A stretch of 64,000 nucleotides of DNA, from contig OY740800.1 in the NCBI GenBank assembly GCA_963514005.1, positions 42,780,001-42,844,000 on the forward strand. The letters run 5' to 3'. This stretch comes from Raja brachyura (taxonomy: Eukaryota). The translations under genes and the position numbers were made by a program. Of the stretch, positions 12,024 to 23,313 are shown piece after piece; the stretch's first letter is position 1; each line of letters begins with the position of its first letter. The notes beneath the pieces are model-generated. The model had not been told where the DNA came from, ran no database searches, and saw nothing but the letters and a program-made list of their open reading frames with translations.

Positions 12024-12626
12024 ACCATTTGAAATGACTTGTTTAATCAGCTCCTGTTGATCACTCTCAAATCCTGGAGCAATTTGGTCTTTGACCTTTT
12101 GACCCTCTGACTCATATGACCACTGACAGTTGTGTCAAACTACAACCTATTCTTGAGCTTGATACGTTGTCATCACGGTCACATAGGTGGTCACATGAGG
12201 AAATGGTTACTAACCGAAGAACAAATCAATTTAAGACCATTTTAATTGTGCAGCCAAACCTATTCAAACAGTTAAATTGTATCAAATTGCTGTCTTTGAC
12301 AATGCATTAATTGTTTCATCACATAAATCATTTAATCTGCATGTTAATTCCTTTCCCAAGTGTTATCAGACTGCTTGAGACAGTTTCATTCAGGACATTA
12401 TAATGACTGCACACAATTGCAGCAGTTTTCTCAAAGGACGATTGCAATTCGGAATTCTTCGCCACAAACGGTCTTCGGGGCTAAGATTATGGGATGACTT
12501 AATCTATGTATGTTAAAAAGAATGTGAAATGTTGTAGCGAGATGGTACCAGAGCAAATATGTTCATATAAAAAACAGAACTACTTGAGAGATGTCATTCT
12601 TCTGTGTCCCAGTTTCTTTCAATATG

Positions 12627-12698
12627 TCAAGAGTCATTTATTGTCATATGTCCCATAATGGAACAATGAAATTCACACTTGCAGCAGCACAACAGATA
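12627..12698 (-). mobile_element. Rex1-type 3' tail fragment, interrupted by a Helitron
   Basis: tcaagagtcatttattgtcatatgtccc...aacaatgaaattc...gcagcagcacaacag matches the tail at 2751-2822. Confidence 0.65.
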
Positions 12699-13235
12699 TC
12701 TATATAACTAAAACTCTCATCTTGTTTGTGTGTATGTATATGTGTGTGTGGGTGCGTGTCATCTGGATACAATCAGCTTGATTCTCATTTCCTTACAATT
12801 GCTAGGCCACAGCCTTCCCATTTTCACACATTCTACTCACATTTTTCCCCACGAGGCGATAAACTCGTGGGGATTCCCGTCGCATTCCCACCTATATTTC
12901 CAAACTTTTTAACCCTTTAAAGTTTTAAAAGTAGCCTGAAAACGCACTCATTTCGGAAAAAAAACTCCAGAGTGACGTCACAATGGACTTGCAAGGCAGG
13001 ATGGGACACTCCAGGAGGGAGGGCCACTGCAGCGCACCCGTGACGTCACAATGTGCTCGCGAGGCAGTAGGGGGCACTCCGGGATGGAGGGCCACTCCAG
13101 CACTCGTGCAGCGGCTGCGGGCGCCCAACATCTGGTGGCACCGCATACTCAACATACCGCATACCTCAATCAGCCAACATATTCCAGATATTTTTACCTT
13201 GCTCAAAAAAAAAATCAGTTTTAAGACCTTTAACA
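12699..13235 (+). mobile_element. Non-autonomous Helitron, 5' part (3' end not found)
   Basis: Starts A|TCTATATAACTAAAACTCTC and is homologous to the reverse complement of about 47065-47390. TGACGTCA occurs at 12973-12980 and 13041-13048. Confidence 0.75.
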
Positions 13236-13246
13236 TATGAATCCTG

Positions 13247-13388
13247 TTTTCAAGAGAGAGTTAGATTTAGCTTTAGGGCTAAAGGAATCAAGAGATATGG
13301 GGGAAAAGCAGGAACTGGGTACTGATCATATTGCTGGCTCAAAGGGCCAAATGACCTACTCCTGCACCTATTTTTCTATGTTTCTATG
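13247..13388 (+). mobile_element. CR1 3' tail fragment
   Basis: ttcaagagagagttagat...ggaatcaagagatatggggg...cctactcctgcacctatttttctatgtttctatg. Confidence 0.85.
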
Positions 13389-14566
13389 AATCCCTCCGTT
13401 GCCCAACCTGGCTCACCATGGTCATTTCTTGCACACACATGTCCTTTATGTCATATTCTTCTAACACTGACAACGTATTTGTCCCCTCGTTCTTTCACTT
13501 CATTGTCAGCAACAGCTTTTTCAACAAGTACAGTCTGATCTTTGCAGCCTTATTCTGCAAACCTCTCTTTCATTACCTCTCCCTGATTTCAAAAGCTTTT
13601 TAAAGATCTTTCTCCACAGCCACGCTTTCGATTACTTTAAAAGCCTCTGGTTCCTTCTCTACCCTCCTGTTTCTTGTCAATTTTTTAGTCCATCACTTTG
13701 TAAATAAAAATGAAACGTTATCTTGTACAGGACTTTAACAGAAGTGTGAGTTAGTTAAATAGTTATTAGTAATCTTGGAGTTTCTTGAATTTTCACTTCT
13801 TCAAAAAAACTTATTTACATTTGTATGTTCACAAATTACTGCATAAATGGGCAAAGCAACTGCAAATACAGTGTATAAATTACTGTTAGTGTAACATGAG
13901 ATATGATGTATACAACTTTTATATTACTTTCTGGTAGTAATATGTGATCAAACAAAACGTTACTAAAACTTGAAACTTGTGTTGGAATAAAGGATCAATT
14001 AATGAGAAGAATGGAAGCATTTTACGGCGAAAGTAACGTTTTCTAAAGGTGAACTGCTAGGTATATCTTTAAAGCATTCCTCACCTCCTGTACAAAGAAC
14101 CAGACCTTATTATTTGTGTTATTATGAAGGGCTGCAGAGGGCCATTCTGACTTTTTTCCTTCCATTCATAATGTTTATGTTCATAGTCACCTGGATGTCA
14201 TAAATTCACCACTTTTAAGTTATTGTAACAGGTTTTTTTGATTGTGTAAGAACAACTGTGTTCATAACGTTCACATTTGGATTTACTTTAACTTACCTCC
14301 CCCTTCTGTAACTTAGGACAAGGCATTTTCAAGTTATAATCAAGCATTTTTAATATTTTTCATTAAAATGCATTGATTTTTAATTGTCCAAGATTCTGAC
14401 TCTTGAGTGACTTGCTGGTTGGCAACTAACGCCGTGACTGTGTTCATGAAGCATGAAAATGTGAGAAAATTCCTGGTATCTCTTTCCCACAATATAATTA
14501 ATTAACAGTATGGGCAGCATTGTTTAATTTGATGTACATACGTGACCAAAAACAACATTGTCGTAT

Positions 14567-14660
14567 TTGAAGAAGGGCCCTGACCTGAAATGTCACCCAT
14601 CCATGTTCTCCAGAGAGGCTGCTTGACCCACTCAGTTACACCAGCATTTTGTGTCCTTTT
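14567..14660 (+). mobile_element. PLE-derived hammerhead-type element, decayed
   Basis: tgaagaagggccctgacctgaaatgtcacccatccatgttctccagag. Confidence 0.7.
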
Positions 14661-14994
14661 TTGCTTATTAATATCAGTAATGTTGCTATCAATATGAAGT
14701 AACACGTTTTACTGAGAAGCAATGTTAAGGACCATTTTAATTTCGGCTTAATTTCCATTCATCCCTTCCTCTTTACAGGGTTTGGATTAAATTCCCTGGA
14801 ATAACAGGCACCTTCTGATACTGTATGAGCAGCCATGCAACAGGAGTTGGCAAATCCGTTCATTGAGCCTGCTCTGCCATTGTTTTTGCAGACTACTAAT
14901 TGCACTAGGACGTGTGATAGGAATGAAATAGGGTGCTCTGAGCTAAATAATACTTGTGGTACAGGAGAATAAAAGTCAGCTGTTGGACAGGTAA

Positions 14995-15120
14995 ATGGTT
15001 GGCATTGGTTTAGAGGGAGATGTGCCAAATGCAGGCAGGTTGGACAAGGTAGATGGGCATCTGGGTTAGTATGGACAAGGTGGGCCAAAGGGACTGTTTC
15101 TGTGCTCTTCTACTCTACAT
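14995..15120 (+). mobile_element. CR1/SINE 3' tail
   Basis: ggtttagagggagatgtgccaaatgcaggcagg...gggccaaagggactgtttctgtgct. Confidence 0.7.
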
Positions 15121-15489
15121 TGTTGTAGAGAGAGAACACAAGGCAATTGTGTCCAAATCTTTTGGATTGAGGCGGAGGAAATCCTTGTAATTCAACCACT
15201 AATAGCTCTGCTCATTTTGCCTTTAGGTAAAATGTATCTGTTTCTGTAGTCCTGGCATCTCTCTCAGGTGGTCCAAATTAGGTTGGATTATTATTCATAT
15301 AAAACTATCTTGAGTGCCGTAGACTGTAAGACTTTGAAAATAAAATGGTTGACAATGTATATAATTCGAGAGCGAGAAAGAACAGAAACGGGCCTATTAA
15401 AATATGTCCATTAAAACATTGTTCCAACATGTTCACACTATCCCAAGCCAACAAGCGGCCTATTGGAGCCATCCAACCTGATGTAATCT

Positions 15490-15676
15490 GTTGCTGGCCC
15501 TGATTTGTCCTGGTCTTTTCTTGCTTCCAGTTCCCCCCCCCCCACCTACAATTCGTCCGAAGAAGGGTCCCGACCCCAAACTTTACCTATCCGTTTTCTC
15601 CAGAGATGCTGCCTGATCCGCTGAGTTACACCAGCATTTTGTGTCTATCGTTGGTATAAACCAGCATCTGCAGTTC
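15490..15676 (+). mobile_element. PLE-derived hammerhead-type element with upstream pyrimidine-rich pLTR part
   Basis: ccgaagaagggtcccgaccccaaac at 15557, then gatgctgcctgatccgctgagttacaccagc...ccagcatctgcagttc. Confidence 0.7.
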
Positions 15677-16844
15677 ATTTTCAGGTGTTCCATTAATATG
15701 TCAGTTCCTATTGTCTGGAATTCTCATTCTTAACCTCCTTTTCTCTCCCCTCCTTTAGGGTGTTCTTTGAAATATTTATCTGACTAATTATTTGTCATCA
15801 GTTCATCTTGCGTGAATCAGTGTTCAATAATTTTTTGATAATTACTACAATAATGATGGTAAATAATGTAGGTTTCCCTGTGAATTATTTCTGTTACTTT
15901 TTGGGGGTAAGAGTGTTGTGAAGTTTTTTTTAAATAATTCCAAGAAATGGTTTCTATTTGCTGGTCAATAGAAACATTGGCTTGATGTAACATAGCCTAA
16001 AGTGCAAATTCCACGGCGTATAGGTTAGAAGAGCAGAGAAAATAAGAATAAACATATGACGGGCATCGAGCTTGCCAAAAGAATAATTATATTTTACTAC
16101 CAATAAAGCCATGTATTATTTTAAATATGTAAAAACAAACAAAAGCAAAGTTATAAAACACAAAAGATTGGCAACAATCAAAATATACATTAAAAATCCC
16201 TGGCTAATGAGCATTTTTAAAATAAATCCAGTAACATGGATTCCTTTGGTATACCTCAAATTATTTATTCCCAAAATAAACATATGTTACCAATTTCATT
16301 AACTTCCCCTGATAATTTATTCTAGCTTGATAGGGTCCTGTGGAAAAGTAGTTCCACCTGACTTCATCTTTTTAATATTTAACTACATATATGAATTCCT
16401 CACAACACGAAACTTGGATAAAGCTCGGATCAGCTTTATTAAGTTTCCTTAATAATTTTTAAGTCTTCCATTTGGTGAGGTCAGCACTTTTTCCAGAAAA
16501 TAAATTTCCATAATCAGTTTTTTAATTCCTGAAACGCATAAAAGTCGTTGCAAGAGGATAAAAGTATTTGGAGCAGCAATTAATTAGCATTCATACAACT
16601 TATTTATAATTGGTTCTCTGTTCCCTGCTGAGACAAAACACACATTTGTTTCAAGTTTTTCAAGTAAGGAAAGTATCAAGGTTCTCTAATTTACTACACT
16701 GCATTTTAAACATGTACTCTGTCTTTTGGTTCCAGTTGTTTAAAAAACGCATTCACATTGAAAGTCCATAACAGTTTACAGATTAGTTTATTGTCACGTG
16801 TACCGAGGTACAGTGAAAAGCTTTGGTTGCGTGCTATCCAGACA

Positions 16845-16995
16845 CTGGAGGTCTGAAATAAAAACAGAAAATGCTGGAAACCTATTTTATTTTTGTGGCT
16901 GAGTGTTAACCCTGTTTCTCTTTCTCCAGATGTTGCCTGACCTGCTGAGTTGCTCCAGTATTTTCTGCTTTTGTTTCAAACTTCTAGCATCTAAT
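16845..16995. mobile_element. Old PLE pseudo-LTR relic with inverted arrangement
   Basis: aaaacagaaaatgctggaaa followed by tgcctgacctgctgagttgctccagtattttctgct. Confidence 0.55.
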
Positions 16996-18995
16996 GGTTT
17001 AGTTATTTAATAATAATTAAAGCCGTGATTTTACCTCCATGTGCAAGGATCCTTCAATTAGTAAGCCCAGGGAAGATCAGCGTCAACATTTTTACTCTCA
17101 GATTTCTTTTTACGGTTGAAGGTGAGGTTTTCTCTCAAACCGGATGTGAAACGTTTATGCATTGCGCCGTTGGGATTTTGAGTGACACAAGGCTGTTGCA
17201 AGGGATCGGCAACTCAAAGCTAAGTGATGAAGTGTGATCGTGAGTGCATTGAAGTATAGGGTGACTATGATAATCACTGGTCAGCTGATTACTTGCAAAA
17301 GATGGAAAACTGCAAACAGTCAGATTATTCTTCGAAGATCACAACTTATAATGAGAAAGATCTTTCTGCTATTTACTTTATCCAATCCACAGAAGTGCAA
17401 TCCCTACCCCGAGCTTATTGAGACATTCAACTGCTTCTTGAATTATTTCAAATATTCCAAATGTGCACTGTTATACAGAAAACTATTGCACTATTGCAGC
17501 CACTAGTTACCCTTGGCGTGAAGAAGTGCGTCCTGTTGACCGTCCTAACTCATTATTATACCCTTTAAGAGATCATGAGATTGAGGTAATATTATTGTTA
17601 AGAATGACTTCTCTCCAGTAGCAAGATCAGTGGCCAGCAACTACCATTGATCTTGCTACCATAATAAATTCTAGGCTGGAGAGAACTGTACAATCATACA
17701 ACAAAAGGGGGAGATTCAGCATTCAATACCAGGAACTACACCATGGGGTCCTGGTGGTCTGTTACTGAATGTCATTGGTGATACTGAACAATGGTCCACA
17801 CACTCTCCCTGCCTGCCCAGTGCAGCTCCATGACCCAGTACCAATTGGTCACCCCACTCTCCCATCCCACCTAACACCAGCCCTTCCAGTCTTGTGTCTC
17901 CTCACTGAGATATGAGATGATCCATCGCTGGATTCATGGCAACTCTCCAGCAAAACGGCATGCAGCGATGGAAAGAGAAGAGATTCACAACATGTTGCTA
18001 ATTTAGCAATGTGGAAGTCACAAGTTCACACCATGTTCTCAGCACTGCTACGCTCTCAGTGACATATCTATTTACATAAAAGGCTCTAATGACACCCATT
18101 ATCACTCCTGTGAATGCATCCTGCATGCAGAGTGAGGTACCAGTGTACTTCAAGATTTGTATACAGTTTATATTCTACTTTGTATTATACTCATGGCAAT
18201 GACATTGTCATGGTTTGGTTCTTATGACTTAGTTTAAGCCTTCCAACATTAATTGGAAAGCAGCATTGGCATTTGCTATCATTAGCTTATTTTTAGAAAA
18301 CAGATTATTTTACACAGATTACTCAAATTTTGTTAAATAATTTTGTTAAAGGTAGGCTATAATGTTATACATGAAAAGTAAAGTATAATTTCAAGTTGTT
18401 ACTTTAGAAGAAAATCCAGTTTTTATAAGTTTTTGGACTGATTACTCAGTAATTACTTAAGTGGCAGACAATACCAAGTAATGACAAAATAGCTTGACGA
18501 CGTTAAGCCTTTTTATTGCTGGTAAGTCAAGTGCAAGCATAAATTATCTAAAATACTTAAAATTATTTCCCAATTCCTGCAATGAAACCCAGCCCACAGC
18601 CCATTCTGATGTTCCCGTAAGTATATCCAGAGGATAGGCTCACAGCTGGTGGGAAGAAAGGAGTACGCAAGCTGTTATTTTTCCACTGATTTTGCAGATT
18701 AGCACATCCTCAGACTTGCTCCACCTTTTTGAGTACGGAGAATTAGGTTCAGACTTCTTATTCTTCATAGTCTTTGCAGGAGAACCGTCAGGCACTCTCG
18801 ATACAGCAGGAACGTGCAGTTAAACTGCTAAATGCTGCAAATGGACAGCAGGTCAGACGACATCTATAAAGTGGGAAACAGAATTAAACTTTCATCAGAA
18901 ATGGGAATAAAAAGAGACAAATCAAGATTTAAGATACAAATAAAGAAGGAACAGGAGACTTGTGAAAGAACGGTAGTTGGGATGACAGGCTAGGT

Positions 18996-19130
18996 GTTTA
19001 AGAAGGAACAGCAGATGCTGGAAAATCGAAGGTAGACAAAAGTGCTGGAGAAACTCAGCGGGTGAGGCAGCATCTATGGAGCGAAGGAAATAGGCAACGT
19101 TTCGGGTCGAAACCCTTCTTCAGACCCGCA
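18996..19130 (-). mobile_element. PLE-derived element (subfamily A) with intact hammerhead core
   Basis: Minus strand reads gggtCTGAAGAagggtttcgacccGAAACGTTgcct (about 19092-19127). The 14-bp TSD ATGACAGGCTAGGT lies at 18982-18995 and 19131-19144. Confidence 0.85.
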
Positions 19131-19854
19131 ATGACAGGCTAGGTTGTCACCAATAACCCATCAACGAGTGCTGGGAGCATTCACTTTAAATAGTGCTGGG
19201 GATGGTGACAAGGATGGGCATTTTGAATGGCTAGATGGAGGTGATTCTGCAGGCTGATAGTTCAAATTGTAGCAAAAGTAAGATAAAAAAGTTAAGGCCC
19301 AATTCACCAGACTGAAAGATCAGGGCTTGAAAAACAGGAGACTACAAGTTGCATGAGTTTTGGTTCAGTGTAAGGATTACCAAAATTCTTCACCTTCTGG
19401 CAGGCAGCTTTAAGTGAGAGGCAGCTGCAGAGATCATTATCTTTTTCCATTGACATAATCTCCAAGCAGATCAGCCGTGCTCAACATGTCCTTCACCACC
19501 GTCTCTCAGCTGGTACCCCCACCACTTCTAGCATTCAGACTCTCTTGGTCTCCACCTAATACAGACATTCCATTTATTCTGTTCATCCTGTTCCCCTTTC
19601 TGCAACATAAAACACATAATTTCTAACTTTTCATAGTTCTGATGAAAGCTCATTGACTTGAAATACTAACACAATTTTTCTCATAGGTAAACTTGATCTA
19701 CTCGGTTACATTTCATCTTTACAACAGGGGTAAAATTGATGGTCCCAGCAGCGTCGGTTTTTCAGAATTTTTTCAGAATGTTCCTAAAAGAGCATTATAC
19801 AAGGAGAGACATCATCATGACCTGGAAACTGAGGCACGAGTGCAAGGCTATCTA

Positions 19855-20692
19855 GAATAGAATAGGATAGAATAACGTTTATTATCATTTGAACCTAAGT
19901 TCAAACGAAATTACGTTTCTGCAGTCATACAAACAAGACAAAAAAACAAGGCACACAATGACAAAAACATCCAACACAGTGAATCTCCAAACACCTCCTC
20001 ACTGTGATGGAAGGCAAAGTCTTGTCTCTCCCCTGTTCTTTATTCTTCTCCCGATGTTAAAGCCCCCAGCAGGCGATGGTAAGTCCCGCGGCCGTTAATG
20101 CCCCGCCAGACGATGTAAGGCCCTGCTCCAGGTCTTGATGTTGGAGCCCCCGGCGGGCGAACGATGGCAAGTCCCGCGGCCGTTAAAGCCATGCCAGGCG
20201 GCGTAAGGCCCCGCTCCGGGTCATTTTTAACCCTGCGATTCGGGCGGAAGAAGTTGCCGTTGCGGGAGACTCTGAAAAGCGGTCTCCCACCAGGGACCCG
20301 CAAGCTCCCTATGCCACCGGGCTTGTGGCTGGAGTCTCCGAAGCTCCGAAGTCGGGTCACCGCCGCGCGCCACCACAGCTCTTTACGCTCCAAAGCCAGC
20401 CAGCTCCACGAAGATGAGTCCGCAGGCTCCGCGACTGGAGCCCCCAGGTCGTTCCGGTGGAGGCCTCTCCACGGTGCTAGGCCCCAACGACAACAGAGAC
20501 CCGACAGTGAAAAGGTTGGGTCCCCCGTACAGGGAAGAGATTTAAAAGTTCCCCCCGCCGCCCCCCCCCCCCACATATACACAGCTAAGAATAATATATA
20601 AACTACAACCAAAACATGCACTTAACAGTAGAAAAATTTAAAAAAAGACAGGCGGACTACAGAGGCCACTGCCGCGAGGCACCGCCACTTCC
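19855..20692 (-). mobile_element. GC/CpG-rich non-autonomous retroelement (LINE 5' UTR-like head plus AATAAA-(TATTC)n tail, possibly Rex1/L2-mobilised)
   Basis: Minus strand starts ggaagtggcggtgcc and ends aataaaacgttattctatcctattctattct. An internal duplication of about 87 bp period lies at 20075-20222. No RT motifs are visible. Confidence 0.55.
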
Positions 20693-23220
20693 AAATCTTG
20701 TGCCAGGAGCAAATTTCTGGAGTGCCACTAAATAGGCCTGAAATAAATATTATTGCTTCCCTCTGGGGAAAGTCCATTTCCAGTGGTGTATCTCTGAATA
20801 TTAATAGTATTATTCACTAGAGTTTCTAAGAACATGGAAACTGAATCACTGCATAAATTCTGGCATTTGTTTAAAGGTATTTTGCTCTGAAGATAAAATG
20901 TTTTAAAACTTTCGGAAAACGATTTGGAATAGCTGAAAAATAGGTTTTTTTATAAATCTAGAAATACTGTACCACATTTTGAGGTTGACCATAAGACGAT
21001 ATGAAATCTCTGGAGACAGTACAATTGAGTACATAATTTATCTGCATCCATTTGCTTTTTGCATGCCTTTGTGATTTATGTTCTCTACTTCTTCCCCCTC
21101 TGTATGATTCTCCTAGTTTATAGGAATAGGAGATTTTTTTCAATTGTACAATTCGGCCAAATAAATCATTCATTGCTTCAACATTGTGTCCACAACTGAG
21201 CCTTGCTTCAGGAAAATGAAGTGGGTAGGAGGTTTCCAATTGAGTTGAATAAGCAGATGGGATCTGCTGTTGCAGAGTTTATCATTGCAGATGGTTTAGT
21301 TTAATCCCAAGCCTGCACTATGTTTGAACCACATCATTTTGCATACATTCAAAACCATGTGCATGTGGTATCTTTTATTCCTCATCCCCAGGTTTGCTTG
21401 CTTGATAATATTTCATACAGAAGTATTAAGTAATCTGATCCAGCTTCGATTTCTCTAATCTTTACTTAGTTGACAACTGTTATAAAGACAGTACCAAGTG
21501 TAAATATGAGCATCTGAAGCCTACTGGAGAAGGAGAAACTTAACTGAGTTTTTAATCTTGTGTTGTGCAGTTAGTTAGTTGCTCTGAACCTCTCAGTGTC
21601 TGAGTTATTTAAATGGTACTAAAGCTTTTTTAGTGCATTGAGCATTGTCAGTTTCTAATAAACCTGCTGTGTTATATGAAAACTGTATTTGCATCTATCC
21701 TAAATTGGTGAAGCTGGAGTCTGTTTGATGCTCTGAGCAAAATTGTTTAACTGTTGTAATGTGTTTTGTGACAGATTTAGATGACGGTTAAAAATTGATA
21801 GGAGCATAAGTTCATTTTAAAAGGCCATGGGGATACCAAAGATGATAAATAGATTGTTATATAGTGTCCTCTGACACTAAAGGGTTTGGATGTTGCACCC
21901 AAAAATACCGGCTGTTTTTCTCAACAGAATTGTGGCAGAGCAGACGTCAGGAGCTTCCATTTCTCACCCTGGCTTGTATTTAGCATCTAACAGAGTCAAA
22001 GATGCTGTAACTTGGATGTTCAGAGATAGTGGATTGGAATAACAATTTATTTTTGCACCAAGTGAGGAAAAATTGGCACTTTAACCCTATGGCCTCATGC
22101 TGGCAAAGAAGCTAATCTTCTATTAGATGGCAAAACAAAGTGTGCCATAATTAACGGGGTGCCCAAAGGTCTCCAGGCTAGAACTCCATCACAGAAGCCT
22201 GAATGGGCCCGATATCTGTTCCTCAGAAGATGTCTATGTTCCTTGCATTTACTTTACTGAGCAATAAGGATGCGAGAGAGTTAAGGGACTTTTACAGAAA
22301 CGTATACGTCCGCCCTCTCTTGAACTTGGCTCATATTCGGAATATGCCTGGACCTTGCCTGGTCATGCCCAATCATAGTTTTACACCTTGGGTTGGAACA
22401 TGGAATTTTTGGATCCCTCTCAAATTTGCTGGGTTAATTGCTGCAATCCTGAATGATTTCCCAGAGGAAATTCAAGATATTTTTGTAGTCGTGCAGAGGG
22501 AATGTTGCCTTCTATGAGGCTCAGGCTTTACGTGACCTAAAGAGTGCATCACGCTGGGAGAAAAAACATCTCAATCACAAAGCTACGTTCTTCCCCACAG
22601 GATCCTGTTAAAACAAAAAATGACAAGCTCTTCTCTGAAATTATCCTTTGCAGCTGGGCCAGGGCAAGGTGAGGGATTCAATCCCATGATTTAGAGTTAA
22701 AGCTGGATTTTTTCAGCTGTATGCAAATACTTATAGCCCTTCAATTTAGCATGATGCAAATCAAAATATTGTTGTTATGCCAACAAGTAAATGAAAAATA
22801 TCTGTCGAACTGTGCTTCAGTGATACACCCCTCGACAGCCCCTCTGACAGGTTGAAAATATAGCCGCGTCTGTACACCGATCTTGTATAAAAACAAGCAA
22901 AGGCATTGGCTGGAATGGTAGCTGCAGATGGTCCCAACATTCCTTTCAATTTTACTGGTGGTAAATTCCAGTATATAATATCCTGCAAGGTAAATGTAAG
23001 TAAACTTTTGATGGGGTTATAGGGCTCTGCCTGCATGGCTGCAAAGTCATTTATGAAGAAGATAGACACAAAATGCTGGAATAACTCAGCAGGACAGGCG
23101 GAATCTCAAAATTTATGAATTTTGGCCAGACATTCAACATGCTTCTACATTTCCAATTTTTTAATTACTGCCTTATTGATATGGGATCATACCAGTGGAT
23201 GTTCACAGTCAAAATGATTT

Positions 23221-23313
23221 GAAGGTAGACAAAAATGTTGGAGAAACTCAGCGGGTGAGGCAGCAACTATGGAGCGAAGGAATAGGTGACGTTTTGGGTC
23301 GAGACCCTTCTTC
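23221..23313 (-). mobile_element. PLE-derived hammerhead-type element (subfamily A)
   Basis: gaaggtagacaaaaatgttggagaaactcagcggg...gggtcgagacccttcttca. Imperfect TSD TCAAAATG(A/G)TTT at 23209-23220 and 23312-23323. Confidence 0.8.

Noticed and set aside
18780-18851. 72-nt plus-strand exon candidate (ENRQALSIQQERAVKLLNAANGQQ)
   Set aside because: Its 3' half and donor overlap an old PLE pseudo-LTR relic, and the donor gtcaga is weak.
20040-20621. 193-aa and 145-aa overlapping ORFs
   Set aside because: They lie in a GC-rich retroelement interior with few stops and have no recognisable domain.
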